Source: Candidatus Thorarchaeota archaeon (lineage in GTDB: Archaea > Asgardarchaeota > Thorarchaeia > Thorarchaeales > Thorarchaeaceae). From it: 64,000 bases of DNA. The notes beneath the pieces are model-generated. The model worked only from the letters and a program-made list of their open reading frames with translations. It searched no databases and had not been told where the DNA came from. Below are positions 47,735-58,775 of this stretch, one piece after another (position 1 is the stretch's first letter; each line of letters begins with the position of its first letter). The stretch covers positions 96,001 to 160,000 of the forward strand of contig JAGSHN010000027.1 of NCBI GenBank assembly GCA_029855935.1. The letters run 5' to 3'. The translations under genes and the position numbers were made by a program.

Positions 47735-48052
47735 TCTGCCAGCCTCCATCCGAGATCCCCACACTCTTGAGTCCGCAGAGAGACTCCCATCTATCTCTGC
47801 AGTACCGCCTACCCCACCTCAGGACACTCCTCGCATAGTGACGACCATTGGCGGGACAGCCGCATCACATCTCAGGCGTCCCGTGTTGTACATACTACGA
47901 TCACTCTGCAGGAGGCCCGATGCGAACATAGGACAATAATGGCAGGAGCACATCTCGGCTATTTGTCAAACGGTTTCAGTAAGACAAGTGCGTTGGCCAT
48001 TCCTACTTCGACAGATGCGTCCTCGGGTGACCCCGCACACGAGTCATACGGG

Positions 48053-49129
48053 CTAGTACGCAACTACAAACGGAAATGAGGAGTCCACGAGCACGTCCCC
48101 GTCTTCAAAGTTCGTGGGTGAGGACCTGTCCTCCAGAAGCTGGTCGCCAAATCGTTCGCAGAATCCCTCAGCGAATATCGTCAATGCCCGCTGCAACATC
48201 GGGCTCGACCGTGTCGCTACAAGAACAAAGGCTGCGTCCCACCTGGCCCGGTGGTCTACCATCAGCACTCCCTGCTCGAATACTATGTGCTTGATCGCAC
48301 CGCGACTGACTGACTCATTGAGCAGCTGGTTGATACCAACAAGAGCACCCGTGAAGAGGGTCTCATCGACCAAGCCCTCAGAATCCCAAGTATAGGTGTA
48401 CATCGGCAAACCACTCTCCATATCGACGGCAGTGAGACGAAACACCTTGTACGGTAGTACATAGGCGAGCTTGGGCTGTCTCGCAAAGGCATATGTTGTC
48501 AGGAACGAGCCTATCCCAATTAGCATGTAGTCAGTCCCTGGTACTATCCATACGAAGCCCGTCGCGAAGGCAAGTATCGAACCAGGTCCTGCAAGAATAG
48601 CACCAGCCAGGCTGATACTGGAATAGGACTTCAGCACGGGCGGGGAACGTAGATGGATCATAGCCATATAGTATAGCCAGAAGGCCCCGGCAATCAGGAA
48701 GACAACGGAACCTGCAACCGCGAAACCGCCTGTCATAGCAAGGCCCGTCTCGCCAAGCGCTGACACGCTGGTCGTGACGACATCAGGCCCCAGAGACAGA
48801 ATGGCAAGAGCGGTGGCTGCCGCAGTGACGACTATCAGCTTCCTCGCGTCCACACTGTCCCTAGAGACAGAATCGACGAGGAGCATTATCCCAAAGAGCA
48901 ACAGCGCCGACGTAGCAATCCCAACCCTGTACAGCTGAGTGTCGAGCGTGAGATACGAGATCCCAATCAGCACGTTGCCAATCCACAAGAAGAACCATGT
49001 CACGAACATGAAGAGATACTCGCGGTATCCGCGCTCAACATATCCTCTCAGACTTGTGAGAACGGCCAGTGCCTCTGGCACAGTGGCGATGAGCAGCATG
49101 GCAGCTCCTAACGTGATGTTCAGGGCCAT
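48053..49129 (-). CDS. 7-TM membrane protein fused to a C-terminal longin-like domain
   Basis: Seven hydrophobic helices, then RLTAVDMESGLPMY..LFTGALVGI..IKHI..FVLV..LTIFAEGFCERF..F..LV (beta-beta-alpha-beta-beta-beta-alpha-alpha pattern). Confidence 0.65.
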   Translation of the reverse strand: MALNITLGAAMLLIATVPEALAVLTSLRGYVERGYREYLFMFVTWFFLWIGNVLIGISYLTLDTQLYRVGIATSALLLFGIMLLVDSVSRDSVDARKLIVVTAAATALAILSLGPDVVTTSVSALGETGLAMTGGFAVAGSVVFLIAGAFWLYYMAMIHLRSPPVLKSYSSISLAGAILAGPGSILAFATGFVWIVPGTDYMLIGIGSFLTTYAFARQPKLAYVLPYKVFRLTAVDMESGLPMYTYTWDSEGLVDETLFTGALVGINQLLNESVSRGAIKHIVFEQGVLMVDHRARWDAAFVLVATRSSPMLQRALTIFAEGFCERFGDQLLEDRSSPTNFEDGDVLVDSSFPFVVAY

Positions 49130-49197
49130 AGAAGAGGCGGGTCCGCGCTACATTATAGTCGTTTCTCGTACAGCTGGGGTGAGGGGAACGCGTGTGA

Positions 49198-50304
<1,107 letters not shown>

Positions 50305-50354
50305 TTGGCGAGTGGCGTTCAGCCTGTCCATCGTAACGTCTCAGAGGAGTGCCG

Positions 50355-51344
50355 ATGGAGCCCATAAGCCGCATCGACGTAACAGAAGGGCGTCTGTACT
50401 TTCGAGGTATTGATGCCACCGAGCTTGCGGCTAAGAGAAAGTTTGAGGATGTCTTCCATCTCCTTGTGACAGGGCGCCTCCCCTCACCCAGAGAGGCCAG
50501 AGCAATGGTCAGGGAGATGATTGATGCATGAGATCTGCTACAGTCACAGTGGTCGCACAGTAGTCTGTCGGCCCTTGCCGAAGCACTGGACGATCTCGCG
50601 GAAGCTGTGGGACTCCGAGAGGCACTCAACTCTTTTGTTGCGTGCGTCCCCATTATCGTTGCAAATGAGTGGAGAGAATCAAGAAGAGAGGCGCCCATCG
50701 AGCCATACCGTGACAAGCGACAGGTTCCCAATCTTGCGGCTATGCTTGGGCTCAATCCAGACGGAGAAGATGCGAGTGTTCTTGAGATGCTCCTCATCCT
50801 TGAGATGGATGATCCCGACAATCCCCCTCTGACAGCACTCACTGATACGTTCGAGGCCACTGGATCGGTGTCCCGCGCCCTGCAGGCCGCGCTGAGCGTC
50901 CATGGCGATCCGCTGCATCACGGAGCTGGCCACCATGCAGTGAGGATGATATACGATGTAAGAGAAGTCGAAGATTTCAGAGCCGCACTGGACCGACGCC
51001 TCGATTCAGGTGAGAGAATCTACGGTATTGGTCACCGGATATCCAGGACGATCGATCCGAGAGCCGTCGTATTGCGGCAAGTTCTCAGGCAACGGGTCAA
51101 GGGAACCGAACTCGAGTGGTTGGTGGACACAATAGAGGAGATTGCACTCATCGGTGCGGACCTTCTGAGACAGAGAAAGGGAGTCACAGTGTTTCCCAAT
51201 TTAGACCTCTACAACGCTGCTGTCGTCTCAACACTCGGCCTGCCGCCGGAGATGAATACACAGCTGTTTGCGGTGGCCCGGTCGGCTGGCTGGACCGCAC
51301 ACCTCATCGAGATGCACCAGCGAGGGGTACCCCCTCATCTCTAG
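50355..51344 (+). pseudogene. Citrate-synthase-like gene with an in-frame TGA at 50529-50531
   Basis: ISRID..GRLYFRG..FEDVFHLL..GRLP, then EMIDA*DLLQ in the same frame to GIGHR..DPR..PNLDLY..FAVARSAGW. The DHxxN motif is degenerate. Confidence 0.7.
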
Positions 51345-52582
51345 GTCGAGATCTGTTCTGAGACTCCTTCATCAATCATGTGCGCAGGGGCTAAATCCAC
51401 CGCCCCCTTCTGGGCGCGGATACGCTTGACAGTGCCAATCAGCGACAGCGAGAGCAGCAGTGCTAGGAGATTGAATCCCATAGTCAACCACACTACCGGG
51501 TGGGCGCTGAGAAATACGTTGTCTGCAAACCAGCCTCCGACGATTGGTCCGATAGCATTGCCCCCGTTCTGTGCCCCATTGACAAGCCCCATCGCACGAC
51601 CGCGCTCCTCCTCTTGGGAAACGAGTGCGGCAAATGCGGATGCGGCCGTCGCAACGAGGGGATAGAGTGGGAGTGAGTACAGAATCACAGCCGTCAATGG
51701 ATCCGTGACAAGAGCAAATGCCACAGAGAACAGGACATATGACAGAAAACCAGTGACCAAGACTCTGGCGGGGCCCTGTCTGTCGGTGATCCGCCCCACG
51801 TAGCCAGTGATCAGAGCCGCCAGTGCGGTGGCCCCAGCGTTGGCGAAGCCCACAAACGAGGTGGGGCCTCCGAGCTCGTCGGAGATTATTATGGCCATTA
51901 TTGAAGTGATGCTGCTCACGCCGAGCGTGCTCAGAGTCACAGCAAGAACCAGTACGGTCATTCCTGGCCTTCTCAGTATGTCGAACAAATGCGCGGGGCG
52001 ACTCCGCAACGACGGCGCGGGAGGTATGTCATCGACAAGGATGACGCCAGCCACAAGTGCTCCGAAGCATAGCATTGCCGAGATACGAAACAGGACGAAC
52101 ATCCCAATCACGTCGTAGAGAAGACCACTCGACAGTGCACCCGCAAACCATCCGGCAGACCGAGCGGCCAGCAGGAGGCCGAGTCTCTCACCCCGCGCCT
52201 CAGTGCCAGACGTTATCAGCGCCTGGCCCGTGGGAAGAGCAGCCGACGCAAAGATAGTGCCGACAAGCGACACGACAAAGAACTCGGCACTGGTCCTCAC
52301 AAGAGAAGAGAAGAGATACATGCTCCCCCAGCCCACAAACCCCAGAAGCAGGAAGGGCTTGCGTGTCCTGAAGTGATCGGAGACCGCACCCCAGAAACCC
52401 ATTGCTATCATCATTACAAGAGGTGGAGTGGCGAAGATTGCCGTCATCACGAGGAATGATGTCACTCCAAGATCGTGCTTCAGGAAGTATGTGGTATATT
52501 GCCAGCCGATGGCTATCCCCGCAGACTGCAGCCCAAAGGCGAGATAGATGCCAATGGTTGTGCCTATCTGTCCCTGTGTCAT
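51341..52582 (-). CDS. MFS transporter
   Basis: WGAVSDHFRTRKP, GRITDRQG, ERGRAMG and GPIVGG; about 12 TM. Confidence 0.88.
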   Translation of the reverse strand: MTQGQIGTTIGIYLAFGLQSAGIAIGWQYTTYFLKHDLGVTSFLVMTAIFATPPLVMMIAMGFWGAVSDHFRTRKPFLLLGFVGWGSMYLFSSLVRTSAEFFVVSLVGTIFASAALPTGQALITSGTEARGERLGLLLAARSAGWFAGALSSGLLYDVIGMFVLFRISAMLCFGALVAGVILVDDIPPAPSLRSRPAHLFDILRRPGMTVLVLAVTLSTLGVSSITSIMAIIISDELGGPTSFVGFANAGATALAALITGYVGRITDRQGPARVLVTGFLSYVLFSVAFALVTDPLTAVILYSLPLYPLVATAASAFAALVSQEEERGRAMGLVNGAQNGGNAIGPIVGGWFADNVFLSAHPVVWLTMGFNLLALLLSLSLIGTVKRIRAQKGAVDLAPAHMIDEGVSEQIST

Positions 52583-52703
52583 CGGCGGCCCACAGCCGTA
52601 GACGCCATTACTCTCTATATTAACCGTACCGATGCCAGCGACGAGTCATCGGAGAACGCGTGAGCCGATGATGTTATCAGGAACTTGGCTCAACGCAGTG
52701 GGG

Positions 52704-53822
52704 ATGACAGCAGACGAAGTTCTCCGTGTCGAGAGGCTCCGTGCGTACTACACCTCCAAGCGCGGACTAGTGAGGGCTGTAGAGGATGTCTCGTTCTCGG
52801 TCAACAAAGGACAGTGCGTGGCGTTGTTCGGCGAGTCGGGAGCTGGCAAGACATCCGTCGCGCTCGCCATACTGGGTCTGTTCGATAGGGCCGCTCGGTA
52901 CTACGCATCAGTATCCGGGGACGAGGAGAACAAGCAGCTCTGGAGACTCCGCGATGAGGCAAAGGCCAAGGGCCTCACTTCGCGCGAGATGGGCTTGGAA
53001 CTCCCCGGTGTAGAGGGACACATCTGGTTCGAGGGCAGAGATCTTCTTAGTCTCGACGAGACAGAATTGAGGAGGATTCGCGGCAACCGTATCACCTACG
53101 TCCCACAGGGAACGCGCAAGTCGATGAATCCATACTTGACGGTCGAGCAGCAGACCGCTGAGCCGATGAGGGTGCACGACGAGGACGGGACACTGACCAG
53201 GGACGAGGCAATGAGGAGGGTACTCGAGGCGCTACGGCTCGTCGAACTGAACGAGGTGGACATAAGACGCCTGCAAAAGCCACCCGACCTGAGCGTCGGC
53301 GAGGACCAGAGGGTGCTGATAGCAATGGCCCTTGTGACCAGGCCCTCACTGCTGATTGCCGATGAACCAGCAACAGCGGTGGACGTCGGCGTCAGGAGCA
53401 GAATCATCGAGGCGCTTGAGATCGCTCGGAGTGAGATGGGGCTTGCAATGCTTCTGATCAGCAATGATCAGGGCATAGTTGCGGATCTTGCGGACCAAGT
53501 CGCTGTGATGTCCGCGGGCAGGATAATGGAATTCGGGACCGCAGAGAGGGTGCTCCTCTCGCCCGGACACCCATTCACCCGTGCGTTCCTGATGAGCAAT
53601 CCATCAATGGAGATTCTGAGAAGGATAAGGGAGAAGGGTCTGAGGATAAGGGGGATTCCTGGTTCCCCACCAGACCCAGTGTCGCCGCCGCAGGGATGTC
53701 CTTTTCATCCGCGCTGCCAGTTCGCCGACGACCTCTGCGGGAGGGAGGTACCGGAGTATAGACAGGTCGAAGAGGGACACTGGGTATTCTGCCACAAATA
53801 CGAGGAGCTGCCCGAGTGGTAA
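52704..53822 (+). CDS. DppD/OppD-like ABC ATPase with degenerate motifs
   Basis: GESGAGKT; signature LSVGEDQ; DEPATAVD; H-loop ISND; C-terminal GCPFHPRC..C..C. Confidence 0.85.
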   Translation: MTADEVLRVERLRAYYTSKRGLVRAVEDVSFSVNKGQCVALFGESGAGKTSVALAILGLFDRAARYYASVSGDEENKQLWRLRDEAKAKGLTSREMGLELPGVEGHIWFEGRDLLSLDETELRRIRGNRITYVPQGTRKSMNPYLTVEQQTAEPMRVHDEDGTLTRDEAMRRVLEALRLVELNEVDIRRLQKPPDLSVGEDQRVLIAMALVTRPSLLIADEPATAVDVGVRSRIIEALEIARSEMGLAMLLISNDQGIVADLADQVAVMSAGRIMEFGTAERVLLSPGHPFTRAFLMSNPSMEILRRIREKGLRIRGIPGSPPDPVSPPQGCPFHPRCQFADDLCGREVPEYRQVEEGHWVFCHKYEELPEW

Positions 53823-53902
53823 GACAACTCTCCGCGTGCAAACCGTGCGCCCTAGGCACCACTTATATGCGCCACAGCAAGGGTCAGCCACGGTGACTGC
53901 TC

Positions 53903-54997
53903 GTGGCGAAGGGTGACCCTCTGCTGATTGTGAAAGACCTCCGAGCATACTACACCTCTGTGAAGGGACTTGTGCGTGCCGTGGATGGGGTGTCGTTCGA
54001 GGTCAGAGAGGGCGAGTGCCTGGGGCTGCTTGGTGAGAGCGGATGCGGAAAGAGCTCTCTCGCACTCGCAATAATGGGGCTCTTCGAGAAGCTGGCAAGG
54101 TTTAGCGCAGGCACCTCCGGACGGCCCGAGCTGCTGAAGGAATTTGAGGGGGAGGGGGCTGACCGCCACGAGGAACGGCCGGGTGTTCAGGGCAAGGTCT
54201 TCTTCCGCGATATCGAGCTGACGACCTTGTCTGACGAGGAGTTTGCAAAGCTGCGTGGAAAGCATATCGCTCTGATTCCACAGGGACTCCAGCACGCCCT
54301 CAATCCCCAGTTCAGTATCGGGTACCAGACCGGCGAGCCTGTGGAGGTCCACGAAGAGAATATCAGACTGATAGAGTTGAAGAGAAAGGTCCTTGAGTAT
54401 CTTCGGCTCGTGAGTCTTGCTGACGCCGGCACTCGCTTTGTACTTGACCCGTCCAGCTTCAGCGGAGGAGAGGCTCAGAGGATATTGATTGCGATGTCAC
54501 TGATAGCTGGGCCAGAGCTGGTCATTGCAGATGAACCGACCTCTGCTCTCGACGTGAACATTCAGCGCCAGATAATGAATGTCCTCTCAATGGTGCGGGA
54601 TGAGTTCGATATCTCACTCTTGCTTATCAGCCACGACGCGGGGGTGGTCGCAGAGCTGTCGGACCGAGTGGCTGTCATGTACGCGGGTAAATTGATGGAG
54701 ATTGGCGATGCCAAGCAGATGTTCCTTCAACCAGGACATCCATACACGCGGGGACTGATGGCCTCCTTCCCGACCATAGCTATGATGAGAATGAGGGCCG
54801 GCAAGGGCCGTCCCAGACTGAGAGGGATTCGAGGCAGTCCACCCGACCTGACCGACATTCCCAGCGGCTGTCCGTTCCACCCGCGATGCGACTACGCTAT
54901 CGAGGTATGCAGGACGACTGTACCGGAGTTTAGAGAGGTGGAGCCGGATCACTCCATAATGTGCCACAGGTACGAAGAGTTGAAAGAGGAGGGGTGA
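53903..54997 (+). CDS. DppD/OppD-like ABC ATPase
   Basis: GESGCGKS, FSGGEAQR, ADEPTSALD, ISHD and GCPFHPRC. Confidence 0.9.
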   Translation: MAKGDPLLIVKDLRAYYTSVKGLVRAVDGVSFEVREGECLGLLGESGCGKSSLALAIMGLFEKLARFSAGTSGRPELLKEFEGEGADRHEERPGVQGKVFFRDIELTTLSDEEFAKLRGKHIALIPQGLQHALNPQFSIGYQTGEPVEVHEENIRLIELKRKVLEYLRLVSLADAGTRFVLDPSSFSGGEAQRILIAMSLIAGPELVIADEPTSALDVNIQRQIMNVLSMVRDEFDISLLLISHDAGVVAELSDRVAVMYAGKLMEIGDAKQMFLQPGHPYTRGLMASFPTIAMMRMRAGKGRPRLRGIRGSPPDLTDIPSGCPFHPRCDYAIEVCRTTVPEFREVEPDHSIMCHRYEELKEEG

Positions 54998-55017
54998 GCG
55001 TCGCGGGGACGCTCACC
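54993..55017. terminator. 10-bp hairpin overlapping the ATPase stop
   Basis: GGTGAGCGTC-GCGGG-GACGCTCACC. Confidence 0.45.
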
Positions 55018-55326
55018 AGGGGCGATGAATTCCCTGCTGTCATTGGCTGCGTCACGCGTGAGAATAGATTGATCAACAGGACACGGAGTTCTCCAAAACG
55101 CATCTTGCGACGGTCAAAGGTGTCATCATCTCGATGACACCAGACGGATCAAGAGGTGGAGTCACGGGGGCAACGCCTTCTGGGCAATTACGGTTCGAAC
55201 GCCCACCTGAATCCGCAATCACCCAACCCCACATACGAGGAACCACCTGACTCTCATTAGGCAGAATCGGTTCAAGTCCTCCCGGCAAGAACCTACTGGG
55301 GACGTGTTCCCCGCATATATATGAGT

Positions 55327-56241
55327 TCACGTTGACTCATTCGCACGTTCCCGTTCCGCGCGGAATGACCCCGGTAGGTGGCATAGCTCAAAGTCGAGCT
55401 GATAGATGTTGCCAGCAACTCTGAGCCCCATCTCTCTCAGAAGGAGAACGTTCGCCCGATCCGCCGGAAGCTCAATGGCCACGCTCCTGCAGCCGCGCTC
55501 CCTCAGGACAGAGAGGACATAGGAGATCTCATCCAACGTCGGGCCACGAGGCCAGATCTCGCGGTGTGGCGTGGCAAAGACGATTCGTCCTTGCCGCTGG
55601 TCGCGTCCTGAGAGATAGCCAACAATGAGCGCGTCCGGCTGGAGATGTGGTCTAACACCGACAACAGGAATCCAGCGCGCCCTCAAGGCATTGACGAGAG
55701 CGACCACAGAGAGAGATCCCTCGCGACTGGCACTGATGAAGGGAGGCAGGTCAACCGGAGGTACAACGTGGACCGCACGCTCGGAAACGTTGTGGCCGTC
55801 GTCATCCGGAATCGCCCCAGCAGAGACTATGTCAATTCGCCACAGATCGAAAGTAAAAGAGGCAAGAACATCGGCAATGGCGGAGTCACCGGATGTCATC
55901 CATATGGTCACGTGTCGCAGGTGCTTCGAGCGCGCCCGTGCCAATGCCTCATAGACCAGCGGACCGACGTGCTCTATGCGCCCTGGGAGCGAGGCGATCT
56001 CGGATATGATACCAACCGACCCATTCGACAATGGCCGAAGAGCAGCCTCGGCCACCGGACGGCTGCGGTCATACGCCACGAGTAGACCCTCTCTATGGAG
56101 CACTCCCTTTGAGAATAGATTGCGAAGGTCGCGCGCTGTAAGACAGGCCTCTACGGAACGGGCCTGTGAGTTATGAACTGCCAGCCAGTCTCTCACGTCC
56201 GCCCGTGTCAGAGGCAGGACCCGATCAGATACTATCAACAC
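55327..56241 (-). CDS. Hypothetical protein, possibly a degenerate tandem GNAT fold
   Basis: LLVAYD..PVA..L..IASLP..GPLVYEALARA and a terminal NVLLLREMGLR segment; start uncertain. Confidence 0.5.
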   Translation of the reverse strand: MLIVSDRVLPLTRADVRDWLAVHNSQARSVEACLTARDLRNLFSKGVLHREGLLVAYDRSRPVAEAALRPLSNGSVGIISEIASLPGRIEHVGPLVYEALARARSKHLRHVTIWMTSGDSAIADVLASFTFDLWRIDIVSAGAIPDDDGHNVSERAVHVVPPVDLPPFISASREGSLSVVALVNALRARWIPVVGVRPHLQPDALIVGYLSGRDQRQGRIVFATPHREIWPRGPTLDEISYVLSVLRERGCRSVAIELPADRANVLLLREMGLRVAGNIYQLDFELCHLPGSFRAERERANEST

Positions 56242-56412
56242 GATGGCCAGCGGTAGCTCTTGCTTTTCAAGGTATCTCATCCCACTCTACTGGGAACAGC
56301 TGTAGCGACTTCTGGACAGCCAAGGAATCAGGATAGAGCCCGGAATTGAAAACAGCCCTCGCCACTGAACAGACCGCAAAGCCTATTCGCGAGATTAGTA
56401 GACGAGGCTGAC

Positions 56413-57285
56413 GTGTCGACTCGATGTACGTTTGACCCAGAGGCAATTGATGGCTGCAGCAGATACTTGGGCATTGATATACCACTCATACCAGAACAAC
56501 GCACCAACCTCCGGAAACTGGGCAAGACAAGCCTGCGCATTGACCAGATGGAGCAAGTTGTCACGGGGCTCTGCCCTGACGCAGATGAGCTAGGTCAGTT
56601 TATTCTCAAAGAGGGCAAGAGGCTGCAACCGCTCTCTCTATCACTGTTTGTCATAAACGATATGGTGAAGAAACTGATGAGGCGTAAACCTCGACACCCA
56701 CACGCCATCCTGCCAATGGTGACAGTTCCGTGGTTCTACTGGAAGCAGAGTGCGGTGGACCGGAACAATCCGTTTGGCATCGTCCGACACAAGAACACAG
56801 GCGTTGAGATCGAGCTCGACGCTAAGAAAGAGATGCTGGTGTTCTCTGGCACCGGAGGGGACTTTGCGGGTATTCTTGAGGCGCAGGTGGCGGAGGGAGT
56901 ATGGAGCTCGCGTCCTCTGATAGTACCGGGATCGCTGCCCAATCGCCAGCCTGTGCCAGCATATCAGAGGAAACATATCAAGGTAGGAGTCAATCTGGGT
57001 GCACAGCGTGTGACGCTCTATCCGAAACCGCGCCGAGATCTCGACTACACCTTCTCAGAGAGCCCGCGAGTCTTCGCTGTCCACGGTGCCGAGATTGCTG
57101 GAGCCGGACAGGCTTTTAGACTCAAGACCGGCACTCGCAGCGAAACGGCACTAAGGGGCAATGTTCTCATGCTCATCGGCCGAAGACCCGAGCGTGAACA
57201 GCCTGATGCCATTTCGCTGACGTTTCACATCTGGTTGGCTGCTCTGGCAAGACTACTCAGAACAAGGGAGGACATCGAATGGTAG
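56413..57285 (+). CDS. Hypothetical protein
   Basis: 290-aa ORF overlapping the next start; no recognised motif. Confidence 0.6.
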   Translation: MSTRCTFDPEAIDGCSRYLGIDIPLIPEQRTNLRKLGKTSLRIDQMEQVVTGLCPDADELGQFILKEGKRLQPLSLSLFVINDMVKKLMRRKPRHPHAILPMVTVPWFYWKQSAVDRNNPFGIVRHKNTGVEIELDAKKEMLVFSGTGGDFAGILEAQVAEGVWSSRPLIVPGSLPNRQPVPAYQRKHIKVGVNLGAQRVTLYPKPRRDLDYTFSESPRVFAVHGAEIAGAGQAFRLKTGTRSETALRGNVLMLIGRRPEREQPDAISLTFHIWLAALARLLRTREDIEW

Positions 57286-58073
57286 TTGTGGCAGCAGCAA
57301 TCGCGGCGGCAGCAACAGGTGCCGCAATTCTCGTAGTGACGATGCTTCGTGTCAGGAGGTTGAGAAGGTACCGCGAGTTTCTGCGCTATATGGAGGACAA
57401 TTTCGACGTCAGTGACCTTGACCTGAGTGGCGAGACCGCCTACACGGACTGTCTGGCCCAGGAGTGGGTACTGGACAACGTCGCAAGAGGATCCTATGGT
57501 CGTTTCGCCAGAGGCGTCCAGTCGTATCTCGCGGAGAACACGCTCGCCGGGGCCATCCTGCTTGCCATCGTTGCCGGGTCTGCGGCGGTCCTCCTAGGTC
57601 TGTTGTTTGTGGAGGGATCCGCCGCGTTGGGGGCTGCGGCTGGTCTGTTCTTCATAGGTGGACTCGTAATAGTGGGGCCCAGTGAACCGAGAGTCTCTGA
57701 ACAACTGCTTACTGCACTGATGTCAAACAAAGACCGACTCTGTGAGCGTGACTACGTCTACGCAAGGCTAGCGTACGACTCCGTCCGAGGCTGGGAGAGG
57801 ACATCAACTGTGGCTGGCTTGGCGCTTCTCGCAATCTCGCCGTGGGCCGACCTCGTACCGACCACCCTAGCGGCAATCATCGCCATAGTGTCCGTGGGGA
57901 TGATCATCAGGCCAGCTATGTGGATTGCCACGTTCAACCCTGCTCTCGCCATCGGGTATGTCGGGGTCGTTGTGGTGATCGTCTTCTATCTCATCCCGAA
58001 GACGATGTGGCGCCTGATCAAAGGACCACCATCTGAAGAGGAGAGAGAACTGGAGAGCATGTCCCGCTGGTAA
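57279..58073 (+). CDS. Hypothetical membrane protein
   Basis: About 6 hydrophobic helices; GGAGG SD. Confidence 0.7.
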   Translation: MVVVAAAIAAAATGAAILVVTMLRVRRLRRYREFLRYMEDNFDVSDLDLSGETAYTDCLAQEWVLDNVARGSYGRFARGVQSYLAENTLAGAILLAIVAGSAAVLLGLLFVEGSAALGAAAGLFFIGGLVIVGPSEPRVSEQLLTALMSNKDRLCERDYVYARLAYDSVRGWERTSTVAGLALLAISPWADLVPTTLAAIIAIVSVGMIIRPAMWIATFNPALAIGYVGVVVVIVFYLIPKTMWRLIKGPPSEEERELESMSRW

Positions 58074-58091
58074 TGGGCTCGAACTCCACTC

Positions 58092-58430
58092 TCACGGCAG
58101 CAGCAGAGGAATGGTAGCAATCATTCCGTAGAGAAACACAAAGAGTCCGACAAGGACAAGTCGTCTTCCCGTCACAGCAAGCTTATAGCTCAAGACTGCC
58201 CTGCCCTCGTCATCATAGCGGTGGCTCTCGTCGAGCGGTTCTCTGAGTCCTAGGCATCCGCCCATGAGAATGAGAACGCCAAACTCGAGGATTGATATCC
58301 CAGAAACGAATCCAAAGAGTTCGAATCCTGGCAACAACAACAGGCCGATGAGTCCGGCAGCGAAATCGGTGCCTACAATGAGTGCTGCAATTGCGGCCGT
58401 GTAGATCACGGTCCGTGACCTCGCTGCCAT
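58092..58430 (-). CDS. Small membrane protein
   Basis: Three hydrophobic helices; downstream of the dpp genes on the same strand. Confidence 0.6.
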   Translation of the reverse strand: MAARSRTVIYTAAIAALIVGTDFAAGLIGLLLLPGFELFGFVSGISILEFGVLILMGGCLGLREPLDESHRYDDEGRAVLSYKLAVTGRRLVLVGLFVFLYGMIATIPLLLP

Positions 58431-58440
58431 AGACAAGCAA

Positions 58441-58671
58441 TCACCCCAGAACTCCGAGCAGGATTCCTACTACAAACAGCGACACGCCAAGAATGACCAG
58501 CGGGAGAAATATCGTTTCAAGGGCAGCAATGAAGAGCGCCACATAGTCGCTGCGTTCCAGAGTGACGACCGTGGGGGGCTCTTCGGGCGCCTCATAGTAG
58601 ACGATACCGTCCACCGGTATGGAGTCCTCTGGGCCCTCTGGCTCCCCAAATGACCTGTCATCTTCGATCAT
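58441..58671 (-). CDS. Small protein with an acidic N-terminus and C-terminal TM
   Basis: LERSDYVALFIAALETIFLP followed by a hydrophobic tail. Confidence 0.55.
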   Translation of the reverse strand: MIEDDRSFGEPEGPEDSIPVDGIVYYEAPEEPPTVVTLERSDYVALFIAALETIFLPLVILGVSLFVVGILLGVLG

Positions 58672-58775
58672 CAGTTCACACATCCACAGGGCCAGGCGCC
58701 CACGCATCACCTGACATCTACGCAACCGACCAGATAAAGACTTCGAGGGGGGAATGCCGGGCCGGGGCGCGGTGA

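Noticed and set aside
55202-55250. Complementarity of UCAGGUGG(G) in the candidate sRNA to the CCACCUGA arm after the UAG at 23022
   Set aside because: Only 8-9 nt, which is expected by chance in 64 kb.
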